DNA of 64,000 bases, from the NCBI GenBank assembly GCA_965153455.1, contig OZ234493.1, forward strand, positions 20,946,213 to 21,010,212, given 5' to 3'. This document shows, piece by piece, positions 25,801 through 38,175 of this stretch. Source of the stretch: Sphagnum compactum (lineage: Eukaryota). Positions within the stretch are counted from its first letter, which is position 1; every line of letters starts with the position of its first letter. The notes under the pieces are model-generated. The model did not search any database. It saw nothing but the letters and a program-made list of their open reading frames with translations, and was not told the DNA's origin. The position numbers and the translations under genes were made by a program.

Positions 25801-27871
25801 TAAAAATAATCAATAAGAAAATTACTACCATTGAACCATTTTTTCCTTTTATGAAAACAAAAACAACATGGATAAAAATCATCCAATGTTTAAAACTTGC
25901 AAGGCCAATGATGTCATTAATTTCCACTTCCATATATTGCTCACTTTGCACATTTTGCATTTGATTTATTTCTAAGATTTTACTATTGTTGTTTTTTTTT
26001 CTCATTGTTATCATTTGTTTTTAGGTTATTTCCCTTGTTATTTTCATTTTTAAAAAACTTTTACTCCAAACAAGTCTATAATATTAAACAAAATTGATTT
26101 CCACAACACAAGAAAACCAGTTATTAATTGTTTTCACGGTTGATGAATCCTACGTTAGGAAACTCAAGAAATTATGAATAAATGAAACATCTTTTTAATT
26201 AAATCGTTTACGAAAATTGGAACTAGGTGTAGTCACAATCCAATGAGCCAAAAAGGGCATTAGACCATAAAGAAAGAAAATCAAAATTAGAAAAAAAAAA
26301 AATGTTTTATTACTTAAAACCATGTAAATCAAGTTGTTTTTTTTTCATTCATATGAATTTCAATTAAGGAATTCAAACCAAAAAGCCATTTGATGAAATT
26401 TTCAATTTAAGTTTTGATTTAGGACCTTTGAAAGTGAACCCCTATTGCATTAGAAGGATTTGCAAAGGATTATCAAAAGGATTCATATAATAAAAACATT
26501 TTGACGTGAAACAAATTAGAGAATAAAGACTTATTAGCCATATTGAAAAAATAAATCATACCCTAAAATATGTGGAATTCTAAAACTTTAAAAATTCAAA
26601 GATCTTTCCAAAATTGATCCAAAATTTTAGAACTTTGAAAGCCCTTTACTACATACAAATGAGGTATAACCTACATTATGCATAAAGAAAAGTTGTAGCT
26701 TATTATTAAAAAAAAACATAAAATGTAAGCAATAAAGTTTTGGTTATGTTTTGAAATTGTTATCATTTTTATAAATAGAACACTAAATTTACAAGGAATC
26801 AGGACACTTTAACGAATTCACACTTATTTGAAATGATAAAAAAACATGTCATGTACTAGGAGAACTATACACATTTATTAAAAAAATTTATATAATAAAA
26901 TTTGGTCCAAAATTCATTCGTATGAAGAACAAGTTTGGGAAAAAGGACATGTAGTCCTTTTCTAAAATAGTCACATTGGCTCATTGTATTTCATTTGCAC
27001 CCAACTTTTCAAGTTGACACAATGTCTTTGGAAGATTGTGTTTAAATTATGTTTGTAATCATATGTTCTTTAAAACTATGTTAATACAAATTTCTTAAAA
27101 TATCACTTATTTTTGGATGAAAATGAATCATGAATCAAATAACCCATATTGGTTTAATCACGCTTGACATTTTAATGGCTACTTATAACATACCAATACA
27201 ATTTAATCTTGCCAAAACCTTTATCATAATAATGTTGATTCTATAAATTGTAATGTTTTTATTCATTGAAAATATACATGACCTTATTGAAAGTGGTGTG
27301 AATAGAATTTTCTTAAGCCATCATTCATAAAAACATTCCTGACTTTCAACTTCCCCTCTCCATTTCAAGCACAAAATGAACGAAAGGAATAATTCCTAGA
27401 TGTTAAAATGCATTGATGTCTTCGAAATTCAACATACGTATATGTGCACATAAGGTTTTTGACTAAACAAGGTTTGTAACCAACATTTACGTACATTAAT
27501 GTGATTTGAAATTGTACTATTATCAAATATAGTAGCAAGATAATGCAATGTGTTTGACTTATTGTGGCACAAAATTCTTACCACATTGAATAATTTTCTA
27601 TAATTAAACTGTACCAAATGCAATTAGGTCCTCCAAAGTGGAGCCACATAGAGAATTATATCTATTCTATACATTGTTGGTTATGCGTTAATCAGTAAAA
27701 TGATGTGAATTTTGTGTATTGCAAAATTCTCAATTTAAGTTTTCACATCGTAAAGATCATAATTTAGTCAAAACAAATATAATACAATTGTAGTAATAGT
27801 TTTAAATTTAAGAGGACTTGACCTTCATGTCAAGTATAATTGTACATGAATTAATATACTTAGGGATGGAA

Positions 27872-30043
27872 TCAGTCATAAAAGTGAGCTTGCAACCTAG
27901 GATGTGCCACTACACACAATGACTTTGTTTTCCTTAAAGTGAGACCAAATGTTTCAGACATGTCAATGGGTTCTTGTTCCACATTTGGAATTGACCAATC
28001 AAAGCTTTGCAAGAGTCGTGCTAACATGATTTGAACAAATGTGAATGCTAATGCACGGCCTGGACATGCTCGTTTTCCAGTACCAAATGGTAAGAGTTCA
28101 AAATGTCGACCTTGCACATCAATGTCATGGTATTGCATGAAGCGATTTGGGTCAAATTGTAATGGCTTTTCCCACGTATTAGGATCTCGTCCCATTGCCC
28201 ATACGTTCACCAATATCCGAGTGTTGGGAGGTAGAATGTAACCTCGTACTTGGGAAGGTTCAATAGAACAATGAGGAATCAAAAAAGGAGCAGGAGGATG
28301 GATGCGAAAGTTTTCTTTCAATATAGCTTTCAAGTAAGGGAGATTTTGAAGATCAGATTCTTCAACCAATCGATTTGTCCCCACTATATTATCCAATTCT
28401 GCTTGGGCACATTTCATAATCTTAGGTTGTTGTAAAAGTTCTGCCATCACCCACTCCAATGTCACAGTAGATGTATCTACAAGAAAAGAACATATGTCAG
28501 TTTGGACACTAAATAATTATGAAAAATAATCATGAATTTTGTAAAAATAATAATTTCATTTTTATTTTTATTTTAAAAAATAAATAAGGAACATTTTTAA
28601 AGGAATATAATAGTGATATTGTAATTGAACGTACCAGTTCCTGCTATAAGCATGTCCTGCACATACACATCACAAATATAAACACAATTGTTATGAACAT
28701 TTTGGTGTACAATAAAATATTTTTAAATAAATAAAAGTCATAAAACTAAATTTGCAAATTCTTCTAAACATAAATAGTCCACTATTATAAAAATAACCGT
28801 GACCTTCACCATTGCCATGTTCCACTCACCATGATAACACCTTGAATTGCATCATCAGTTAAATGTCCAATACCATCTTCTTGAGGCATAGTGAAAAGAA
28901 CATCCACGAAATCTTTAGGCACATCCTCAATATTTGAATTTGGAGTAGATGGTGTTGTTCTATGTTCATCCATTATTTTTGTAACAAAGTTTGACATTTG
29001 GTTCCGTAATGCTTGCAAAGAGGTGTCAATCCCTTGAAGCTTAGTCACCCACCTCAAGTAAGGGATGTAGTCACTAATAATGAAAGCACCAGACCAATAT
29101 TGAATTGCATCAATTGTTTCCTTGAACCATTGTGTATTTTGATTGTCACTCCCAATTCCGCAATACCTGTTCACCCAAGAAGATGGATACTTAAACATTG
29201 AAATACATGTGGGCAAAAAAACTAAGATGTATTTGAACTTGTAATTTATCACAATGTTGAGCTTGCCCTTTGAAAATTTGTACATTGAAAAACATTACGT
29301 CCTAAGATAGCTTAGAAACTAAATCACATAATTTGGTGATTATTTGAATCCAATCACATGTGCTTATAACTTATGCCAATATATATGTTTATTGAACATC
29401 TTCTATTGATACGGTTTCAAGTAAATCACCTTTTCCTGAACAACATTTGGGTCATATGGTTTGTGGAGATTGATGATAATTTGAGGGTGAGATCCACCAC
29501 TTTGCCCTCATTGGCTTCCTTGTAGATGTCTGTGATTGTCTCCCGAATCTCCTTTGTTCTCATAGGTTGGAACGATTGTATCCTTTTGAACGTGAAAAGC
29601 TCATTCGTGCATATCTTTTTGATGTGCCGCAAAGCAGGGCCAGACATCACTCCCATGCTAAAATTTTTGTGCAAAATTTTGAATGCAACTGAAGATGGAC
29701 GATATTGAAACACATGATCTTGGGTTTTCAAAAACTCCTCAGCCATTGTAGGAGAAGATACCACCACAGTGTCGATGGAACCAAGTTGAAGGTGCATAAG
29801 AGGTCCATAACTTTCAGCCCAACGTGTTAATGTTAGGTGTGGATGCTTTCCCAACATCAACAAATTGCCCATGATAGGCCATGGCCATGGACCTGGAGGT
29901 AAGCGACGAAATTTCCTAGAAAACCTTGTATGCAAAGTTGCAACCAAGAATATGGAAAACACAATTACAATAAATAGCCCCACATTTTTTCCCAGTGTTT
30001 CTTGGTGCACAATTTGAAACCTTGACTTGTCCATCTTGCTCAT
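27872..30043 (-). CDS. Cytochrome P450, CYP71 clan (A-type), intact, 525 aa
   Basis: Exons 30043-29430, 29166-28830, 28656-28635 (22 nt) and 28476-27872, all GT-AG, total 1578 nt. Has a TM anchor, LPPGPWPWP hinge, AGTDT, KENFR, PNRF and the heme motif PFGTGKRACPG. Confidence 0.93.
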
Positions 30044-31484
30044 GTCAAACCTTCACAACCTTCTACAAGATGTACTTTGAAATTTTGCTTAGAAGGAATA
30101 CAAATTACACTTGAAAAACAAGATAAGATTTCAACCCGAGGGGTTTTCTTTTTCAATGTGTGTTCGAAGTGGATTGACATTTACACAATACACATGTAAG
30201 CCATGCAAGAGATTGAGTATTCCAAGATAACCATTTTTAGAAATTGGGAATAACTTCATAAGATTTTTGATGGGCTTTCAAAGGCGTTGCATATTGATAT
30301 TGAATAAAAATGTGGGCATTTTTAGTCACATATGATTATTTGTATCTATTGCACATTATTGAAATATATGTGCCATGTTGTCTACTTATGACATATTGCA
30401 AGCTTGAAAATGTAAATGATGTTATCATCACTTCTTGCATTGCCATACATGGTGTAAAACAAAAGAAGAATCCTAGATACACATCAAAATTCTCAAACCA
30501 TATTTTTCAAAGTTGTTCAACTACGTTCAACCCACACAAAAAGTAAAAGACTTTATGCTTACATTATGTACTCAAAACCAAAACTTATGAACGTATGCAT
30601 CTTCAATATTATTATTTTTTCCATTTCAAATACATAATTATACATTGAGGCATATCAAAAGATGATAATGAATGGGAAACATGTTTTAGCTAGAGATGCA
30701 CCATATTTCAAATGCCCCAAAAATCACAAAATGTTTTTAAACCATTGAATCATTTTGCTATTGACAATGAGAAGCAACCTTTTTCATTATGGGACCACCA
30801 TCAAGACAATAATATTGGTGAAAACAACATTCATTTTATGCATTTAATAAATATTGGTCATGCTCTTCCACATTAGTTTTTATATGGAAATATTGTTCCT
30901 TGTATCCATTTATATTATAATATATAAAATAGAGGGAAAAAAAACTTTTCAAGGTGCTAGAAACATAAGTAGAAAAACTATCTTTTGTGACTTGTCTTAT
31001 GCAATTACATGTGTCGCATGCAACTAAAAGATAGTTTCATGTGACGTTTTTTAGTTGCATATGACACATTTAGTTGCATAAGACAAGTTGCAAAAGTTTT
31101 TTTTTCTACTCTATAAATCAATATTTAAACATATATATTTCTATATATAGAACAAAGTGATGGTACATTTTTGGCCACATGTGCATTAGGGGACCACCAT
31201 CAAGACAATAATATCGGTAAAAACAACATTCATTTTATGCATTTAATAAATATTGGTCATGCTCCATTGTTCCAAAAAAAAATTATACAAAAATATTGTT
31301 CTTTGTTCCCATTTATATTATATTATATAAAATAGAAAAATAAAAAACTTGTTAGTGTGCTAGAAACACAAATAGAGAAACTATCTTTTGTGACTTGTCT
31401 TATGCAATTACATGTGTCGCATGCAACTAAAAGATAGTTGCATGTGACATTTTTTAGTTGCATAAGAGAAGTTGCAAAGGACAA

Positions 31485-31509
31485 GTTGCAAGCTCACTTT
31501 TACAATTGA
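31485..31509 (+). pseudogene. Last codons (LQAHFYN*) of a deleted plus-strand P450, fused directly to its upstream region
   Basis: 30410-31490 matches the 5' flank of the 19205 pseudogene and 31485-33300 matches its 3' end and flank. The CDS in between is absent. Same fusion at 53845-53869 and 54572-54596. Confidence 0.85.
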
Positions 31510-32099
31510 TTCTATCCCCAAGTATATAAGTTCATGTGTAACTATAGTTGACATGAAGATCAAGTCATCTGAAAATTTAAAATTTACTAGAGTTGTGTTA
31601 CATTTGTTTTGAGTAAATGATGATTTCTACTATGTGAAAGTTAAATAAAGGATTTTGAAAGACACAAATTTGCAACATTCTAACAATTATCACCTAATCA
31701 ATAGTGGATAGCATAGCTCTAGTTTTCTATGTTACTCCACTTTGGAGGATTAGATCGCGTTTCATAGATATCAATTATAGCAAATCATGAAATTTGGTTA
31801 TAACTACATGCCCATATATACGAGTCAAACACATTGCTAGATTCAATAGTAGTGTAATTTCAAATCACATTTTTGCACAGAAATGTTGGTTGTACAAACT
31901 ATAAACCCCCAAAAATTGTGGGTTGGTTTTATAAATGTTAAATCTACCATTGCAGTGTGCAAAGGATTAGTGTGTTAATAGTTGTGGTAAGTTGTACAAC
32001 ATGTGTGTGTGTTGATTTCTTCTTTGTTGAATAAACACATCTTTGAAGTACAATTTAGATGGGTGTAATCTAGTGGTGATCCCAATTGTCCTTTGTTAC

Positions 32100-33300
32100 A
32101 TACGTCCAAGTACATCTACAAAACAACTAGAAGGATAAGAAACTTTGGTTATCCCTTATCAAGAAATTTCCTCAATTGAATATATTCATTTCCTTTCATA
32201 AACATCTATAAGAAAAGGTAGAAGGATAAGAGGATTCGGTTCCCTTCTATCCGATTCATTCTTCAAAATCCTTTTTCTATTTGCTAAATATTCCCAAGTA
32301 CATCACAAAAAAGGTAGAAGGCTAAGAAAAATTGATTCCCTGGTACCCCATTTGTTCTTCAAAATCTTTTCCTTTGCTAAATATTCCCAAGTACGTCTAC
32401 AAAAGAGCCAAAAGGCTACGAAATTTGATTCTCCCTTACCCCATTTGTTCTTGAAAATCTTTCTTTTTTCAAAATATTCCCAAGTACATCTACAAAGGAA
32501 CTATATGGCTAAGAAAATCTTATTCCCCCTTACCCCATTTGTTCTTCAAAATATCCTTTGTTAAACATTTCCAAGTACATCTACAAAAGAGTTAGAAAGC
32601 TAAGAAAATTTGATTCCCCCTTACTCAACTTAGCCCTCATTAAGTATATATTTTCCCTCACTAAATATTCCCAAGTAGATTTATAAAAGAGTTCAAAGGC
32701 TAAGAAAATTTGATTCCCCCTTACCCCATTTGTTCTTAAAAATATCCTTTGCTAAACATTCCCAAGTACGTCTGCAAAAGAGTTAGAAAGCTAAGAAAAC
32801 TCAATCTCCCCTTACTCAATTTATTTTTCAAAATATTTTCCTTTGCTAAACATTCCCAAGTAAGTCTACAAAAGAGCTAGAAGGTTAAGAAAATTTGATT
32901 CACCCTTATTCATTTTTTTCTTCAAAATCTTTTACTTCGTTAAATATTCTTGAGTTCATCTACACAAGAGCTAGAATGCTGAAATTTTTTGATTCCCCTT
33001 ACTCAATTTTTTCTTGAAAATCTTTTCCTTCTTCAAATATTCCCAACTACATCTACAAAAGAGCTAGAAGCTTGATTTTTTTTTATTCCCCCATACTCAA
33101 TTTGTTGTTCAAAATCTTTTCCTTTCCCAAATATTCCCAACTACATCTACAAAAGAGCTAGAAGGCTAAGAAAATTTGACCCCCCCTTATTCAATTTGTT
33201 CTTCAAAGTCGTTTCCTTTCCCAAGTACATCTAGAAAAAAACTAGAAGGAGAATAAACTCGGTTCCCTTTTAACTAATTATTTCTTCAAATACTTTTCGT
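32100..33300 (+). repeat. Second array of the ~93-bp satellite, about 12 units
   Basis: Same unit and flanks as 21940-22850, with more copies. Confidence 0.92.
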
Positions 33301-33419
33301 TATGAAGTGGTCATCCCATGTGCTGAGGATATCATTATGTTTAGTTTAAGAATTATATAAAATTTCAAACACTTGCACAGACATAAACTTGTGCATGTTA
33401 TTATTCCTAAACTAAGCTA

Positions 33420-36340
33420 TATGTTAGTTACAAGTTAATAGTGGAAGGAAGTATTGGAGAATCATAATGGTTTGATCGAGGTTCAATCTTATAATTGCTA
33501 ATGGATATTCAATCTAGTTACCACTTGTGAACTTAAAAATTAAAAATAATTTCAAGAGTAATCCATAATAGTCAATGCATTATTAGCCTAATGATGAATT
33601 TTCAAAGTGATCGTAAATCACAAATATGAGGCATTGTTTCTGTAGTAATCGATATGTGATTTAATTGTATTAATTATCATATCAAACCATTCAATCATGT
33701 GGTTATCATAGTTGCATTATTCATGATCCACGTTTCATAATGCTATTAGTTTGATGAAATTCATTGCCAATATAATGATTTACACTCAAAAACAAAATTT
33801 ATTTTCATAAAGTTCATTATGTTCACTATAGTGAAGATTGAAATCTTGGAAATTATTCCAAAGGAAATAAAATTATTATTTCCTCTTTTACAAAATGACA
33901 TTTCCATTTTTAAAAATCATTTCAGCATAACATGTTTCATACAATGATTATAGAATTAATGAATTGGATAGGCATAGAAACACAAGCACATGAATTAACA
34001 ATACATAAATGAAAATTCCAACATATGGATGGAAGAATTTCCAAATTATGTCAATATTCATTCATCCCCTAAAAGGAAATAAGTTATTCCATAACCATTG
34101 ACCTTCATAAAATTAATATAATATATAATATTGCACCACAATAGATAATGATGATGTAATGTACAAAACGATGCATGAAGTTTCATTGACCAATTCATTT
34201 GTGTATTACAATAACATTGGTATATGTAAACATATTATTGATGTTTTTGATTGAAGCTCTTTTTAATCAAGTTACAACAAACATCTTCAATTAGGTCTAA
34301 AGATAAAACCTTGTTTATGCCATATGAAGTATAAAGAAATTCAATATGTAGATGGAACATTTCCATACATAAATATTTAAGTCAGCCCTTTCTTAATTAT
34401 AAACATTTGCTATTTTTCAGTTTAGAATCATTAAACAATTTATGAGATTTGGATGAAATTTCTTTCATGACTAAAAGAGTATTGAAGTTAACAATCTTTC
34501 TCTTCAAATTTAATTTTAAAATTAGGTGTAGTCCTCTACAAATCTTGATGTCATATCAACAAAGTTCTCATTGAATCTTGACACAAGAGATTTTTTTGAG
34601 TTTCAAAAAAATTGTTATTGTATGTGATTAAGTATAATAATGAGTTATTGATAGTCCAATATTATACTTTTGGTTGATATATAGAACATTAATTGAAGCA
34701 TGTTATGCATCAAAATGATGAATCTAATTCATTTTTGGCTCACCACATAATCATTATTCAACATTGATGCCATTTTAACATCAAATGCCATTGACATTAT
34801 TAGAAGACCTTAAATTTTCATACAAGTGTATAATATTTTGAGAATGGAAAAAAATTGAAACATAATAAAATAGCCTTTAGGAAGTGAAGGTGATTTGTGT
34901 ATATATCACATCCAAATGAAATAAACATAATGTGTCTTAAATCACTTCAATTGTGAGATGATCCAAATTTTGCAACATATTTGCCATTTGCATTCATAAA
35001 AACATGTTTCAAAAATAAAATCAAACTTTGTGTTAGTATCTATACAACCCATGGTGTTGTGATAAATGGAAGAGATGAATTCTTTTAGCAGCAAACTTTT
35101 CCTTGGATGTTACCACTAGGAACCCCCTTGCCAAAATCACAAAAAAATTTCATCCACTTATACATTGGTTTATTTGATTGGACTAGGTGGGCTATGTTTT
35201 CCCCACCTATGTATAAACTCATGAAAAAAAAAAAAAACACCCAAGAATGTATAATATGCATCAACAATTTGATTCCTAAACCATTTTCAACCCATTCTTG
35301 ACCCAATTCTTGATTTCTTTTCTTTTAAGTGTCTTACATTTACACATTAGATTTTATTTATTTATATTTAGTATATGCATTGAGGAATTATCCAAAATAG
35401 TGATTAAAATAACCAAAAGATGAAAATAGCTATCATTTGTGTGTTTTACATTAATGGCCCTTTAGGACCACAATTGTGATTTCAAAAATTCATAACTAAA
35501 TGAAAGTTAATTTAATTAATTATCTATAAAAGACATCAAATAGGTTGGCATTGTAAGTATTCATTAAAGTTAACATCCCAAAAAATAGATTCCTTTTGTG
35601 TTCTTGATAAAAAAAAATCCCTCATGTGACATTCTTGAAACTTTTTCCTTATGCATTTGTTTTCCACATCAAAACCAATTTTTTTTGTAAATCTAAGTAG
35701 AGTTTTGAATTGTACATGACTTGGGTAACCTTTTGATAAATAATTTGGAATGAAAAGCTTTCTTTATGTGAATCCTATGTTATGAAGTTGGACATGTCTC
35801 AAAAATTTGGGGTGTGATGTTCCTAATGGTACTGCCCAAAGATAAGTTTGCCCTAGGGATCCATTAGATTGCATGAATAGGGATCTTGTTTATGTATACT
35901 TTCAATACAATCTCCATGTATACCAAAAGTCAAAATTTAGGAACATACAAATTGGTTCAAATTCTAGTCATTTAATAATAATAACACCATCCAAATATAA
36001 CACCATGATGAACAATTGACTACTTTTCTTTGGATCCTATTGGTGTATTATGGAAACAAATTATATGTATATAATTATTTACAAGTTGCATCCTTTACAA
36101 AATGAAAATTTTAAAAATTGATTTAAATCATGTTGGAATAAAAATCATTATCTACAATTAATTATGTTCAAATCCATTGGCTCCTGTATTGTCAATTTCT
36201 AAAAATACCCATTTAATTATGTGTTTGGTTAATTTTTTTGAGTTCATTATACATTACAACTTTTAGAAACATGGTCTCAAGAACTAACAATGTATTTCAA
36301 AGTAATCATTTCTATTATTGATGGTGAATTAATGTGCAAA
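33420..36340 (-). repeat. Older, inverted, diverged copy of the 44220-47540 segment
   Basis: 33421-33497 is the reverse complement of 25101-25171. 34921-34980 corresponds to 24400-24460, and ~34190-34245 to ~45970-46020. Confidence 0.85.
35089..35853. mobile_element. PIF/Harbinger(Tourist)-like MITE with 3-bp TSD TAG
   Basis: TIRs CAGCAAACTTTTCCTTGGATGTTACCACTAGGAAC and (rc) GGGCAAACTTATCTTTGGGCAGTACCATTAGGAAC. TAG at 35086-35088 and 35854-35856. The paralogous empty site near 44715-44730 has a single TAG on the minus strand. Confidence 0.8.
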
Positions 36341-36942
36341 GTGGAAAATTGAAATTCGTTGTCGAATCCATTGTGCAATGGTTACATTATCTAAAATGTG
36401 TTTAATATAACTAATTACAATCCTGAAGAATGTTCTTGGTACTTTGAATCCAATTTTGTTTTTCAGATTTATTCAAATTCATAATGATATATATTGAAAC
36501 CGTCGTTTTATAAGTATGTCACACATTATGAGTGATGGGTGATGACCATTGACTACACATGTTGAATTTATTTTGCAATAACCTTCAAGAGATTGTGCCA
36601 GAATTTGTTGATAATTTATCGTACACAATAATATGATATTGTTATATACAAAATCAAATACAAAATTGGAGTCCTATATATTCCAATTTGTTTAATAATA
36701 GGTGAAAAACTCTTAATTATCTGAATTATTCTACCATTATCAACTTAAGTCAAATTGGTTTGCCAAAATGCAAACTTTCCTTATGAAGATTGGTTTGTTC
36801 AAATGTTGGTTTTTTGTGCTAGTCAACAAGTAGGCTTGGCAATGATTTTGACTTGTTAATTACTTGGTGTTCTTCTCTTGATTTTCCTCTCTATTCATAT
36901 GGTATATACTTTTAGTAATTCCATTACTTGACATTATCCTAA

Positions 36943-37050
36943 CACTACAACAAAAAGTGTCACTATATGTCAAGTGATTTCACTGAATTTTGAGTGAATT
37001 CACTGGTTGTAGTGAACGGGGACCAGTGAAGAAGTAGTGAATTCACTGGT
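36943..37050 (+). mobile_element. CACTA-type terminus with AGTGAATTCACT subterminal motifs
   Basis: CACTACAACAAAAA followed by repeated palindromic GTGAATTCAC. No partner end with a TSD was identified. Confidence 0.5.
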
Positions 37051-37549
37051 CTAGGCATTTATAAGTGTTTTTGGAAAAAGGAATTTATTGACATCATTAT
37101 CTTATGAATCAGTATCAATGTTGATGTTTGTGACATATTCACCATTCTCATTTTTTTTATTGCATATTTTTTTGAATAATGGGGTAGGCATTGTTGGTAA
37201 TGAATATACATTCCCTCAAGAGGGCCTCAAAAAACTTCTTAATTGTCAAGACCCAATGTTGGGCTCATGTTATTGTTATTTTCAAAGGTAGAAGCATCCA
37301 TGTACCCATATGTGCTTCCATTGCTCCAATTCAAAAATCTTGGATCCCATGGAAATACTTCCTAAATTTGTAATATTGATATTTTTTTAATGTTCACCTC
37401 CCTCCAACTACGACTAAATGAAGCAATAGGTATTCATCTTTTGAAATAAAATCAATTGCGAAAATTAGAGCATTTAAAGTTGACGAAAAATTCCTAAATA
37501 TTGTGTTTAATTTAATTTTATACACACACACACACACACACACAAATAT

Positions 37550-38175
37550 TAATATGTTTATAAAAATTTCTTAAAACATTGCTTAACGTTTGGATGAAAA
37601 TGCATCATGTATCAAAGAACCCATGTCATTTTCATTACACTTGACAATTTAATGGCTACTTACAACATACAAATACAATTTAACCTTACCAAAACTTTCA
37701 TCATTGTACATTGTTCATTCTATAAATTAAAATGTTTCATTCTTTGAAAATATACATGATCTAATTGAAAGTGGTGTGAATAGCATTTGCTGGGGCCATT
37801 ATTACTCAAGAAAATGACTTTCAAATTCCCGATTCCATTTCAAGCACAAAATGAACAAAAGTAATAATTCTTAAATGTAATATACATCGATGTCTTTGAA
37901 ACCTAGCATACATATATGTGCATATGAGGTTTTTAACTAAACAAGGTTTGTGACCAACATTCATGTGCATTGATGGGATTTGAAATTGCATTACTACAAA
38001 ATGTAGCAAGATGATGCAATGTGTTTGACTCATTATGGGCACTTAACCAAATTTCATGATTTGTTATAAGTGAAATGTATCAAATGCAATTAGCTCCACC
38101 AAAGTGGACAAAGTGGAGCTACATAGAAAACTAGATCTATGTTATACGCTTTTGGTTATATGACAATTGTTAATG
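37550..38175 (-). repeat. Diverged third copy of the 3' flank of the minus-strand P450
   Basis: Colinear with ~27080-27700 and ~49450-50060 (e.g. TTTGGATGAAAATG.ATCATG.ATCAAA, ATTGAAAGTGGTGTGAATAG, AAGTGGAGC). No coding sequence follows. Confidence 0.8.

Larger units (their letters stand above)
22860..31967 (+). repeat. Segmental duplication copy A (copy B = 43230-54326)
   Basis: Near-identical direct repeat with a constant offset of 22363 across the P450 gene. Copy A lacks the ~2 kb found at 44960-46941 in copy B. Confidence 0.95.

Noticed and set aside
37088-37440. Possible transposase or Ulp1-protease remnant next to the CACTA end (HWVL on the minus strand)
   Set aside because: Only a 4-residue resemblance in a stop-interrupted frame; not supportable without a profile search.
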